The notes beneath the pieces are model-generated. The model saw nothing but the letters and a program-made list of their open reading frames with translations. It had not been told where the DNA came from and searched no databases. Shown one piece after another: positions 1 to 8,584 of a stretch of DNA of 64,000 nt (position 1 is the stretch's first letter; each line of letters opens with the position of its first letter). Origin of the DNA: Candidatus Oxydemutator sp. (GTDB lineage Bacteria; Pseudomonadota; Gammaproteobacteria; Poriferisulfidales; Oxydemutatoraceae). Location of the stretch: contig OZ241883.1 in NCBI GenBank assembly GCA_965203445.1, positions 256,001-320,000 on the forward strand. The letters run 5' to 3'. Position numbers and translations under genes: made by a program.

Positions 1-167
1 ATCATCAGGATGTTTTTCGGCGTGATCTCGTCGCGCAGATGCCGCTCCAGCTGCATCCTGCGCCAGCGATTGCGCAGCGCGATTGCGACCGCGCGCTTGG
101 CGTCGTCCTGCCCGATGATGTGCTTGTCGAGCTCCTGCACGATTTCCCTGGGCGTCATGACCGACAC
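1..167 (-). CDS. hslU: ATP-dependent protease ATPase subunit HslU, 5' part (runs off window start)
   Basis: Manual translation [37 protein letters not shown]...ITPKNILM; GTG at 167 with AGGAG upstream; follows hslV. Confidence 0.95.
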   Translation of the reverse strand, partial: MSVMTPREIVQELDKHIIGQDDAKRAVAIALRNRWRRMQLERHLRDEITPKNILM

Positions 168-206
168 GATGCTCTCCTAGATGATCTCGTTTGTTTTTGG
201 ACGCGG

Positions 207-740
207 CTACAGCCGTTCGACGACCAGTTCGCCGTTGGTGTAGATGCAGATGTCGGCGGCTATCAGCAGCGACTCGCGCACCACGGCTTCGGCGTCGAGC
301 GTCGAATGCCGCAGCAGCGCGTGCGCCGCGGCGCGCGCGTAATTACCGCCCGAACCTATCGCAATCAGATTGTCTTCCGGTTCGATGACGTCGCCGGTGC
401 CGGAGACTATCAGCGACGACGCCTCGTCGGCGACCGCAAGCAACGCCTCCAGGCGGCGCAGGCTGCGGTCGGTACGCCAGTCCTTCGCCAACTCGACCGC
501 GGCGCGCATCAACTGCCCGCCGTACTCCTGCAACTTGTTCTCGAAGCGCTCGAACAGCGTAAAAGCATCGGCGGTGCCGCCGGCAAAGCCGGCCAGCACG
601 CGGTCGCCGTACAGCCGTCGCACCTTGCGCGCGTTGCGTTTGACCACCGTGTCCCCCATCGAGACCTGGCCGTCGCCACCCATGACGACGCAACCGTCGC
701 CGCGCACCGACAAAACCGTAGTACCGTGGAAGGTCTCCAT
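207..740 (-). CDS. hslV: ATP-dependent protease peptidase subunit HslV
   Basis: [10 protein letters not shown]-terminal Thr protease motif, [28 protein letters not shown]. Confidence 0.97.
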   Translation of the reverse strand: METFHGTTVLSVRGDGCVVMGGDGQVSMGDTVVKRNARKVRRLYGDRVLAGFAGGTADAFTLFERFENKLQEYGGQLMRAAVELAKDWRTDRSLRRLEALLAVADEASSLIVSGTGDVIEPEDNLIAIGSGGNYARAAAHALLRHSTLDAEAVVRESLLIAADICIYTNGELVVERL

Positions 741-776
741 CGAGGGGATTATATACGCAGCGCAAAAATCCCCGTG

Positions 777-1388
777 TCAGATCGGCAGGTTCGAAACGTA
801 GGCCGCGGCGGCGACGACGGTGCCGATGAAGGCAATCAGCGTCATCACGTTCCACCGGATTATCCGCGACTCCAGGTCGGATATTCTCCGGTCGAGACGC
901 AGCTCCACGCCCATGATCTGTCTTTCGAGATCGGCGCGCAGGGCCACCCCGTCGGCGCGCACCTCGGAACGCAGCACGCCCATCTCGGAACGCAGCGCGT
1001 CCATCTCGGAATGCAACACGCCCATCTCGGAACGCAGCGCGTCCATCTCGGAATGCAACACGCCCATCTCGGAACGCAGCGCGTCCATCTCGGAACGCAG
1101 CACGTCCATCTCGGAACGCAGCGCGTCCATCTCGGAACGCAACACGCCCATCTCGGAACGCAGCGCGTCCATCTCGGAATGCAACACGCCCATCTCGGAA
1201 CGCAGCGCGTCCATTTCGGAACGCAGCGCGTCCATCTCGGAATGAAGCGAAGCCAGGTCACCGTGAACGGCGGTCATGGCGTTTTCAAACCGGCCGCGTG
1301 TGACCGGTTCGTTCCAGTTCACCGAGGACGCCTCCAGTTGCCCCGTTTGCGGGTTTGTCGGTGTTTCTTTTGTCATTGTTTTTCGCAT
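777..1388 (-). CDS. Coiled-coil membrane-anchored protein, DUF1640/CCDC90-like, with 13 heptad repeats
   Basis: ATG 1388 with AAGGAG; heptads MDALRSE/MGVLHSE/MGVLRSE; C-terminal LESRIIRW followed by a hydrophobic helix. Confidence 0.75.
   Translation of the reverse strand: MRKTMTKETPTNPQTGQLEASSVNWNEPVTRGRFENAMTAVHGDLASLHSEMDALRSEMDALRSEMGVLHSEMDALRSEMGVLRSEMDALRSEMDVLRSEMDALRSEMGVLHSEMDALRSEMGVLHSEMDALRSEMGVLRSEVRADGVALRADLERQIMGVELRLDRRISDLESRIIRWNVMTLIAFIGTVVAAAAYVSNLPI
963..1235. repeat. Intragenic tandem repeat, 13 x 21 bp
   Basis: Unit about CTCGGAACGCAGCGCGTCCAT repeated head to tail without spacers; codes the heptads. Confidence 0.95.
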
Positions 1389-1494
1389 TGCGGTTCTCCT
1401 TGTTGCTCGCGCAAAAAAGAAAACCACTGTGCCGTCGGCAAAGGGCAGCATAACCACAACCGGAACAAAAGGCACGCTTTGGCCGACGAACGGT

Positions 1495-1524
1495 AAAAAG
1501 CCAGTCGGCAAAGGGCCGACCGGC
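1495..1524 (-). terminator. Putative intrinsic terminator after xerC
   Basis: Minus strand GCCGGTCGGC-CCTTT-GCCGACTGGC followed by TTTTT. Confidence 0.6.
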
Positions 1525-1557
1525 GCGCACAAAGAAACGGGCCGGCCGCCGTCCACG

Positions 1558-2460
1558 TCATCGCCGTTTGCGCGCGCGCGGGTGTGCGCGGTCATATACC
1601 CCGGCGAGATGCTGAAAATCCAGGTGGGTATATACCTGCGTCGTGCCGACGTCGGCGTGACCCAGCAGTTCCTGCACCGCGCGCAGATCGCCGGACGATT
1701 CGAGCACGTGGCTTGCGAACGAGTGGCGCAGCATGTGCGGGTGCAGGCGCCGCGCCAGACCGTGGCGGCGCGCGAACAGGCGCATGCGTATCTGCACCGC
1801 GCGCGCGCCTATGCGCCCGCCGTGGCGGGCCGTGAACAGCGCCGGTTCGGCGGCGCCCGCGCAATCGGCGCGCGCGCGCAGCCACCCGCGTACGGCGTCC
1901 ACCGCGCGCGCGCCGACCGGCGTCTCGCGCTGTTTCGAGCCTTTGCCAGTTACGCGCACCAGGCCGGCGTCGAGGTCGAGGTCGTCCACGTTCAGCGACA
2001 CCAGTTCCGCCAGGCGCAGCCCCGAGGAATACGCAAGCTCGACCATCGCAAGATCGCGCACCGCCAGCGCGTCGCCGGCGGCGGCGGCGCCGTCTAGCAG
2101 GCGCGTGATCTGATCCACGCTCAGCGTCTCGGGCAGGCGCTTGTCCGCGCGCGGCGGCGTGACCGTCTCGGCCGGATTGCGCGGCGCAAGGCCATGCTCG
2201 ACGCAGTAGCCGAAAAAGCGCCGCAGCGACGACAGCTCGCGTTGCAGGGTGCGCGCGCCGATGCCCGCCACGAAGCGCCACGACACGTACTCGCGCACGT
2301 GCTCGTCGCCGACGCGGTTCCACTCGAGGTGCGCGTCCTCGAGGTAGCCGAGAAAACGCCGCACGTCGCGGGCGTACGCGTCGAGCGTGTGCGCCGAGTA
2401 GCCGCGCTCGCCACGCAGCATCTCGAGAAACCGGCGGCAGGCTTCGCGCGGCGGCGTCAC
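1558..2460 (-). CDS. xerC: Tyrosine recombinase XerC
   Basis: GLRLAEL, VTGKGSKQR, HPHMLRHSFASH, VQELLGHA, TTQVYTHL; dapF-yigA-xerC synteny; GTG at 2460 overlaps upstream stop. Confidence 0.93.
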   Translation of the reverse strand: MTPPREACRRFLEMLRGERGYSAHTLDAYARDVRRFLGYLEDAHLEWNRVGDEHVREYVSWRFVAGIGARTLQRELSSLRRFFGYCVEHGLAPRNPAETVTPPRADKRLPETLSVDQITRLLDGAAAAGDALAVRDLAMVELAYSSGLRLAELVSLNVDDLDLDAGLVRVTGKGSKQRETPVGARAVDAVRGWLRARADCAGAAEPALFTARHGGRIGARAVQIRMRLFARRHGLARRLHPHMLRHSFASHVLESSGDLRAVQELLGHADVGTTQVYTHLDFQHLAGVYDRAHPRARKRR

Positions 2461-3176
2461 GCGACCAGGCCCTCGCGCCGCGCGCACGCCTTCAGCGCGC
2501 ACCCGATCAGTTCGCCGTACTGCACCAGAAACATCGTGCCCTTGCCGGCGCGGAAACTGTCGCCGTCGGCGCTGCCGAGCGCCAGCAGGCCGAAACAATC
2601 GTCGCCGCCGGCGAGCGGCGCGACCACGGCCGAGGCGACGCGCCGCGCGAAATGGCCGAACAACGACAGCTTGATCGGGTCGTCGAACGGCCCGCAGTCG
2701 GGCTTGCCGGCCGCGGCCAGCGCGCGCAGCAGGCGCACGACCCTGGCGTCGCCGCCGTCGTCACCCAGGCCGTCCTGCGCGTCGTAGCGGCGCACCAGCC
2801 GGATCACGACCTGGTTGCCGGGCAGCCGGCGCCGCAGTTCGGCGCGCGCCACGGCGGCGACCTCGCGCGGCGTGTCCGCGTCCATCAGTCTCAGCGACAG
2901 GCGGTGCAGGCCGATGCCCAGGTTCTCGTTGGCGCGCGCGGTTTCGATGAGCGCGTCGAGCCGCTCCTTCAGCTCGCCGTTCTTGCCGCGCAACAGCGCG
3001 ACCTGTTTCTCGATGAGCGACGGTATCCTGACGCCGCCATCTTCCGCGTCGCGCACGCGCCCCAGTTCGAGGCTTTCAAGCAGGGCCGCGTGGCGCTCGA
3101 AAAAGGAGGGGTTTTCGCGCAGGTAGCGCGCGACTTCCGCGTCGCGCCGCGCGCCGTCGGCACCTTGCGCGCTCAT
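2457..3176 (-). CDS. DUF484 (YigA-like) protein
   Basis: VARYLRENPSFFERH, SLIEKQVALLR, GLLALGS...GKGTMFL; lies between dapF and xerC. Confidence 0.85.
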   Translation of the reverse strand: MSAQGADGARRDAEVARYLRENPSFFERHAALLESLELGRVRDAEDGGVRIPSLIEKQVALLRGKNGELKERLDALIETARANENLGIGLHRLSLRLMDADTPREVAAVARAELRRRLPGNQVVIRLVRRYDAQDGLGDDGGDARVVRLLRALAAAGKPDCGPFDDPIKLSLFGHFARRVASAVVAPLAGGDDCFGLLALGSADGDSFRAGKGTMFLVQYGELIGCALKACARREGLVA

Positions 3177-3994
3177 GCCGCCAGCACCCCGTCGTACACG
3201 TGCTCGCACGGTCCGGTCAGCTCGACGCCGCCCTCGTCGCGCGCGACCTCGAGCACGCCGCCCGGCAGGCGCACCTCGACGCGCGCCCCGACCAGGCCGC
3301 GGCCGGCGGCGACCACGGCCGCGGCGCAGGCGCCGCTGCCGCAGGCCGCGGTCTCGCCGACGCCCCTTTCGTACACGCGCAATTCCAGACGGCGTTCATC
3401 AACGCGGCGCATGAAGCCGGCGTTGACGCCGGCGGGAAAACATTCGTGCGCTTGCAGGCGCGCGCCGATCTCGGCGACCGGGCAGTCCTCGAGATCCTCG
3501 ACCTCGGCCACCGCGTGCGGGTTGCCGAAGCCGACCACGCCGAAACGCAAACGCAGGCCGGCGGCGTCGAACGGAAAATCATCGCCGGTGTCGCCGGCGA
3601 AGGGCACGCGCGCGGCGTCAAAAACCGGCGCGCCCATGCCGACGCAGACGCGGCCGTCGTCGCGCACGCGCATCTCGACTATGCGCTCGGCGGTGCGCGC
3701 GCGCAGCGTCGTCTTTTCACTCAGTCCGCGCGCGCGCACGAAGCGCGCGAAGCAGCGCGCGCCGTTGCCGCATTGCGCGACCTCGCGCCCGTCGGCGTTG
3801 AACACGCGGTAGCCGAAATCCACGCCGCCGTCGGGCGGCGCCTCGACCAGCAGCAGCTGATCGAAGCCGACGCCGGTGCGACGGTCGGCCAGCGAGCGCA
3901 CGCGCGCGGCGTCCGGCTCGAACGGGCGCGCGACCGCGTCGACGACCATGAAGTCGTTGCCGAGGCCGTGCATCTTGGCGAATTCGACCGTCAT
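3173..3994 (-). CDS. dapF: Diaminopimelate epimerase
   Basis: KMHGLGNDF, QCGNGARC, GNPHAV, ERGVGETAACGSGACA. Confidence 0.97.
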   Translation of the reverse strand: MTVEFAKMHGLGNDFMVVDAVARPFEPDAARVRSLADRRTGVGFDQLLLVEAPPDGGVDFGYRVFNADGREVAQCGNGARCFARFVRARGLSEKTTLRARTAERIVEMRVRDDGRVCVGMGAPVFDAARVPFAGDTGDDFPFDAAGLRLRFGVVGFGNPHAVAEVEDLEDCPVAEIGARLQAHECFPAGVNAGFMRRVDERRLELRVYERGVGETAACGSGACAAAVVAAGRGLVGARVEVRLPGGVLEVARDEGGVELTGPCEHVYDGVLAA

Positions 3995-4057
3995 GGGGAA
4001 ACCGGGGGGAACGGGGGCGGCTGCGACACCCTTGGGATTATACCGGCCGTGCGCGGC

Positions 4058-4738
4058 TCAGCGCACGGCCTCTATGCTCTTGTGCGGCAGGAATATGCCG
4101 CAGCCGAGCTTTTGTCCGTCTCCCAGACCCTGCTGCTGCAAACGCACCGTCTCGTCGAACGTCAGGCCGCCGACCATCAGGCTGGACACCACGATGTCGC
4201 CGTCGGGAACGCGCACGACGCGGCGGCGGCCGCTCATCATTTTGCGCGCGACGATGCCCTTTTGCCGCAACAGGGACGCGGCCCGTTCGAGGAAGGCGTG
4301 TTCACCGCCGTGCGCGGGCGCCGCCAGGCGGCGCGTGAACAGCGTCGTCTCGCGGCTGAGCGGATGCACGGCGGCGGCGCCGACGGCAATCTCGTAGCCG
4401 CCGGCGTCGAGCGTCGCGCCCACGAGAGCGCGCGCGTCATCGAAGCGTTGCTTCGGCAGGCGCAGGCGCAGGCGCGCGCGCCGCGACAGGTGGATCTCGT
4501 CGCGCCCGCCCTGCGGGCGCATCCAGCCGCTGCCCGACTCGGCGCCGTGGATCGAATGGATGGCCGCGAGCGGTTCGTCGTCCAGCCACGGCAATATCTC
4601 GACCAGCGCCCGGTACAGATGCCAAGCGTGGTCCGAAGGCAGGCGGCGGCAGACGACGCGAAAATGCAGGTCGGCGACGTCGTCGGGCACGCGCAACGGC
4701 CGATCTTCTTCGCCCGCCTCTCGCCAATGCGGATTCAT
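4058..4738 (-). CDS. cas6: Stand-alone Cas6-like RAMP protein (Cas6/Cmx6, Myxan-type)
   Basis: N-terminal DLHF...LPSDHAWHL, LSRRARLRLRLP, C-terminal Gly-rich loop GLGDGQKLGCGIFLP typical of Cas6. Confidence 0.8.
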   Translation of the reverse strand: MNPHWREAGEEDRPLRVPDDVADLHFRVVCRRLPSDHAWHLYRALVEILPWLDDEPLAAIHSIHGAESGSGWMRPQGGRDEIHLSRRARLRLRLPKQRFDDARALVGATLDAGGYEIAVGAAAVHPLSRETTLFTRRLAAPAHGGEHAFLERAASLLRQKGIVARKMMSGRRRVVRVPDGDIVVSSLMVGGLTFDETVRLQQQGLGDGQKLGCGIFLPHKSIEAVR

Positions 4739-4932
4739 CGGACGTTGTCGGCGGCCGAAAAGGCGGCTTCCAGCCGCGCCTCCCAGTCTTCGGGAGTATC
4801 CGCAAACGGCGGGCGCACGTCCATCTCTATGAAAATCTCGCCGGCGCGCGCACGGCTTTTGACGTATTCGACGAGTTCCCCGAAACTAGACCAGTCGCGG
4901 TTGCTCATCAGTGCCTCGCTGATTGCGAGCAT
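4735..4932 (-). CDS. Small conserved protein of sulfur oxidisers (recalled as often labelled DsrC-like, but has no Cys)
   Basis: 65 aa, MDVRPPFADTPEDWEARLEAAF motif; ATGA overlap with cas6. Confidence 0.7.
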   Translation of the reverse strand: MLAISEALMSNRDWSSFGELVEYVKSRARAGEIFIEMDVRPPFADTPEDWEARLEAAFSAADNVR

Positions 4933-4935
4933 CGC

Positions 4936-6357
4936 TCAAGTTCGACCCGATTCCGCTTTGGCGACGGGTTTGCCCGCCGGCGCCTTCCTGGCAAGTCGCT
5001 CGACTCTAGTGACGTACAGGGTCTGACCATCGTGGGTGGCCAGCCGCCAGGCGCTGACCGAAATGGACTTGGCGACGGGTCTTGGACGAGACAGCGCAAC
5101 CGCCCGTGCCGTCGTGACACCCAGCTTCAATTCGCACCCGTCGCCGTTGCTTGCGAGTTCCGACAGGATTGACTGCGCTGACGGGGGAGGTGTGACGAGG
5201 CTATGGCCGGCCCTTTGCGGGCCGTCGGCCATTTTGGCCGCCATGGCCTGAAGATACTTCGCATCCTGAACTTGCAGCCAAGGCGACGGCAACCACTCGA
5301 CGCCGGCAAGACATCCCAGCAGGCCGCCGGCCATCGCCGCCAGAGTATCGGTGTCCGCCCCCTTCTCGAAGGCTGCCCTGAGGATGCCTTGAACCGGCTG
5401 CGCCGCGTGTCGCGCCGCAAGGTACGCCGCCGCCGCCGCGCTGCTGGTTCCCGCTCCTTTGGCGCGCCCGAAGCACCCGAGATGCTTAAGAGTCGAGTGA
5501 TCGTCGGCAAGCGCCCCGGCTTGCAGTCCCTTTCGCGCCGCTTCGAGCAGTTCGCGCATTTCGCAAACCGTGTTCTCCCAAAGTTCGCCATAACGACCGT
5601 CCGTCGCCTCCTCCGCCGCCTCGAACCACGCACCGCCCTGGCGCTCGGATTTCGGCAACTGACTCCACTCGGGCGTTTGATCAATCAACAGTTCCAGCAA
5701 TTCGCCGAATCGAAGCGTGCTGCGGTTGCGGGTCAGGCACCAGGCGGCGTAGGCGTATGCCGCCGCCCCGACGAGGGCGCGCGGGTGGCCATGGGTGGCG
5801 GAACCGTCCAAAATCACGTCGTGAATAAGGGTGGCGGCGTTCGCCTGCCCGGCGAGAAACAACGCATGCGGCAGGGCGCGCATGGCCACGCCGTTGCCGC
5901 CGGCCTCAAAGTATTGGCGAACGCTGTTTTTCCGGGTGGACTTCCACGGCGGACACCCGTCGGCCCAAGCTGCGGCGGCGCGCCTGGTGGCGCCGCCGCC
6001 ACCCCGCTCGTACAGCGTCCACAACGGCAGTTCTACGCGAGTGAACGCCTTCCACCAAGCCGGGCCATGGTTCGCCCTGCTACGCGCCACCGCAAGCGTC
6101 AGCTGCGTATCATCGCTGTAGTCTCCGGCGTGAATGACTTCCTCAAACGGATGGAAACGTCCGCCGCTACGCCGCGTCCATTGCGTGAACTCCACCTGAG
6201 GGTTTGCCGAAACGATCTTGCGGACGCTCCCCGGCATCTCTTGCGGCCAGCCCAGCGCGTCGCCGGCGGCCAGCGCCAGAAAGGCGCCCTCGGCCTTCGC
6301 CAGCAGCGACAAACCCGGCCCCCGCGGCTCGTGCCGGCTGCTATCCGGCATTGCCAT
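4936..6357 (-). CDS. ADP-ribosylglycohydrolase (ARH/DraG family) with C-terminal extension
   Basis: AAGDALG, YSDDTQL, GNGVAMR, THGHP, GADTDTLAAMAGGLLG; AAGGAG 6 nt before ATG 6357. Confidence 0.9.
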   Translation of the reverse strand: MAMPDSSRHEPRGPGLSLLAKAEGAFLALAAGDALGWPQEMPGSVRKIVSANPQVEFTQWTRRSGGRFHPFEEVIHAGDYSDDTQLTLAVARSRANHGPAWWKAFTRVELPLWTLYERGGGGATRRAAAAWADGCPPWKSTRKNSVRQYFEAGGNGVAMRALPHALFLAGQANAATLIHDVILDGSATHGHPRALVGAAAYAYAAWCLTRNRSTLRFGELLELLIDQTPEWSQLPKSERQGGAWFEAAEEATDGRYGELWENTVCEMRELLEAARKGLQAGALADDHSTLKHLGCFGRAKGAGTSSAAAAAYLAARHAAQPVQGILRAAFEKGADTDTLAAMAGGLLGCLAGVEWLPSPWLQVQDAKYLQAMAAKMADGPQRAGHSLVTPPPSAQSILSELASNGDGCELKLGVTTARAVALSRPRPVAKSISVSAWRLATHDGQTLYVTRVERLARKAPAGKPVAKAESGRT

Positions 6358-7120
6358 CTTCATCTCCTTGTCGAAACTTGTGCTCCTTTGGAATTTCTCC
6401 GGAACGGAGCATATCCCTGAGCTTTTGCGGATCAAAAAAATCCGGAACAATCAGGATAGGAAGCGGGTCGGCATGAAGCATCTGCATCCGCACCGCCTCT
6501 CTCTTGGCCTGCGCTTCATTGTACACTGCAACTCCAATCACATCCCGCCATTCGACACGGTCGGGAATAAGAACCTCCGCCTGTTGGTCAGTGGGCAGAA
6601 AGGCGGGATGGAGCGGACCGCGTATGAACGTTCGGTTACCTTCTACAGTTTTTTCAAAAAGACCTTCGAATGCCTGCTCACCCTCCTGAACATATTTGCC
6701 AACCCCCGCCGCCGCATTGCGGGGGCAGAACTTCGTGCCGGGGCGCCATAGATAGTAGCACCTGATCAACAGCACGACCCAGTCTTTGAAGAGACACTTG
6801 CCTGCACTGTCGAACGGGCCGGGCGACCCCGAACCTTGCACGACGCAGTCTTTGAAGAGAGGCTTGCCTGCACGCGCTTTTTTGAAGTACCAGGCATTAG
6901 GATACTGAATGGAGCAGCATACATGATCCGGATACCCATCGAAACGATCCCTATCCGTCGGATTGAAAACCGCTCTCTCATCCTCCTTAAGCTGTTTCGA
7001 GGCGAGGACGCCATGCTGATCCGTCACTATATGCCCGAGATTACGAGACGGCGTGAAGTGACACAGTCTGGTGATGCCGCGCCTTTCAGAAGCTTCTTTG
7101 ATTGCAGTAATTTCCTTCAT
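6341..7120 (-). CDS. darT: DarT (DUF4433) ssDNA ADP-ribosyltransferase, DarT1-like
   Basis: LCHFT..RNL, DRFDG..HVCCSIQYPN, DWVVL, FCPRNAA, TDQQAEVLI with the catalytic Glu. Confidence 0.85.
   Translation of the reverse strand: MKEITAIKEASERRGITRLCHFTPSRNLGHIVTDQHGVLASKQLKEDERAVFNPTDRDRFDGYPDHVCCSIQYPNAWYFKKARAGKPLFKDCVVQGSGSPGPFDSAGKCLFKDWVVLLIRCYYLWRPGTKFCPRNAAAGVGKYVQEGEQAFEGLFEKTVEGNRTFIRGPLHPAFLPTDQQAEVLIPDRVEWRDVIGVAVYNEAQAKREAVRMQMLHADPLPILIVPDFFDPQKLRDMLRSGEIPKEHKFRQGDEDGNAG
6772..6873. repeat. Two 36-bp direct repeats (33/36 identical) separated by 30 unique bp inside darT
   Basis: 6772-6807 GCACGACCCAGTCTTTGAAGAGACACTTGCCTGCAC and 6838-6873 GCACGACGCAGTCTTTGAAGAGAGGCTTGCCTGCAC. Confidence 0.9.
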
Positions 7121-8499
7121 TGCAGTTGATACAAGGCTTTGTTATCCGGCAGCATGGCCGTAACTTGTCCGGAGTGCGTCAGCACCAGGGTGGACCTGGC
7201 CCTGGTGATGCCGACGTATAACAGACGTCCATTGCGCGTCGCCGCTTCTCCACCCCCTAGAAGTTTGACATCGGTGGGATCGGGCCAATGCTTCCTCGAA
7301 AGAAGCGGCAAAAAAACCGTGTCGAACTCCAGTCCCTTGGCGGCATGATAGGTTCCGAAGAAGATGCCGGGGCCGCCCGGCCATTGATCCAGCGTACGAT
7401 GAAGCCGCATCGCACCGGGTATCTGCCACTCTTGTTTGCGCCTTCTGAAAAGAATGGCCACGGTTCCCGTCCGCGCAAGCCCGGTCGCCTGGGAGATAAC
7501 AAACTGTTTTTCCTGCTGTTCATCCGGCAGTTCCCTTAGCGCCGGCGGCGGCTCGTCGGCGACTGGTGCCTTGGGTTCGACCAGATCGGGATCGCGCGGA
7601 AAATACGGCATTTTGGCAAGCGCCAAGGCAAGTCTGGCAATCTGCGGCATGTTGCGATAGTTCTCCTTAAACCGCCAAATCGGATTTTTTACACGAAGAC
7701 CGGCGCTTCGCCACGACACGCGGTGTCCGTATATCTGCTGGGCGATGTCTCCGAAGAAAGTCAGGCTGCCGTTTGGCGGAATCGCCGCCACGAGCGAGCG
7801 CAACATCTCCGGAGAGAAATCCTGCCCCTCGTCAATGACGACGTGGCGGTAACGGCGCTCGCTTCCGTCCCGTTGCAATTCTTTAAGAACGCCGCTGGCA
7901 AGGTCGTTCCAATCGTACAGCTTGCCGTGGCTACGGCGTTCAATCAGGTAGCGTTCGTACAAGCCGAACACGGCGGCCCGTTCGTTTCGCACGACACGAG
8001 TACCGGCTCGACCTGTGCGTTCGGCTTCGATGTAGTCTTGCTCCTCGGTGATTCCTTGCTGCTGGATCCATGCAAACTCTTCATCCCAGAACTCGGGCGG
8101 GCGCTCCAAGGAGGTGCCGGACAATCCATCGGTCTGCGCTCGCCTTATCACATCGCGTATGCATTGCCGCCGCTCCTCAGAGCCGCAGATACCTCCCCAT
8201 GACAACTTGCCTCGGGACGAGAGATAGCCTGTTGCGAACTTGTGGTAATTCTCTACGGTGACGGGTTTCTGATGCGCGCCGGCCAAGTGCCTCATATAGG
8301 TGACCAGACACTTGTTGAACGTCACCAGCAGCGTTCGCCCGCCATGGTCGGTGTTTGGATGGGACAAGTAGTTCGAGCGGTAAATGGCGAGCGTGGTCTT
8401 GCCGCTGCCGGCAGTGCCTAATACCACCGTGTGGCCGTGCGCGGGCAGGTACAGCACTTCCTTCTGCCGACCCGTCGGTCGCGGTAGCGGAGCGGCCAT
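7117..8499 (-). CDS. Compact superfamily 1 (UvrD-like) helicase/ATPase
   Basis: Walker A GTAGSGKT, LLVTFN, Walker B IDEGQD, GDIAQQIY, ENYRN, TYHAAKGLEF, LLYVGITRAR. Confidence 0.9.
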   Translation of the reverse strand: MAAPLPRPTGRQKEVLYLPAHGHTVVLGTAGSGKTTLAIYRSNYLSHPNTDHGGRTLLVTFNKCLVTYMRHLAGAHQKPVTVENYHKFATGYLSSRGKLSWGGICGSEERRQCIRDVIRRAQTDGLSGTSLERPPEFWDEEFAWIQQQGITEEQDYIEAERTGRAGTRVVRNERAAVFGLYERYLIERRSHGKLYDWNDLASGVLKELQRDGSERRYRHVVIDEGQDFSPEMLRSLVAAIPPNGSLTFFGDIAQQIYGHRVSWRSAGLRVKNPIWRFKENYRNMPQIARLALALAKMPYFPRDPDLVEPKAPVADEPPPALRELPDEQQEKQFVISQATGLARTGTVAILFRRRKQEWQIPGAMRLHRTLDQWPGGPGIFFGTYHAAKGLEFDTVFLPLLSRKHWPDPTDVKLLGGGEAATRNGRLLYVGITRARSTLVLTHSGQVTAMLPDNKALYQLQ

Positions 8500-8584
8500 C
8501 AGACGACGTGCCTCATGAACTCGTTTCGCTTCATCGGGATGGGCAAGTGAGCGTCGTTCATCAATTCGGGCGGCGGGAGCGGGG

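Noticed and set aside
963-1235. 21-bp repeat array as a CRISPR array for the nearby Cas6
   Set aside because: Head-to-tail units with no unique spacers, coding an in-frame heptad coiled coil.
1558-2460. Tyrosine recombinase as the integrase of the defence-like island
   Set aside because: It is the housekeeping XerC in the standard dapF-yigA-xerC context.
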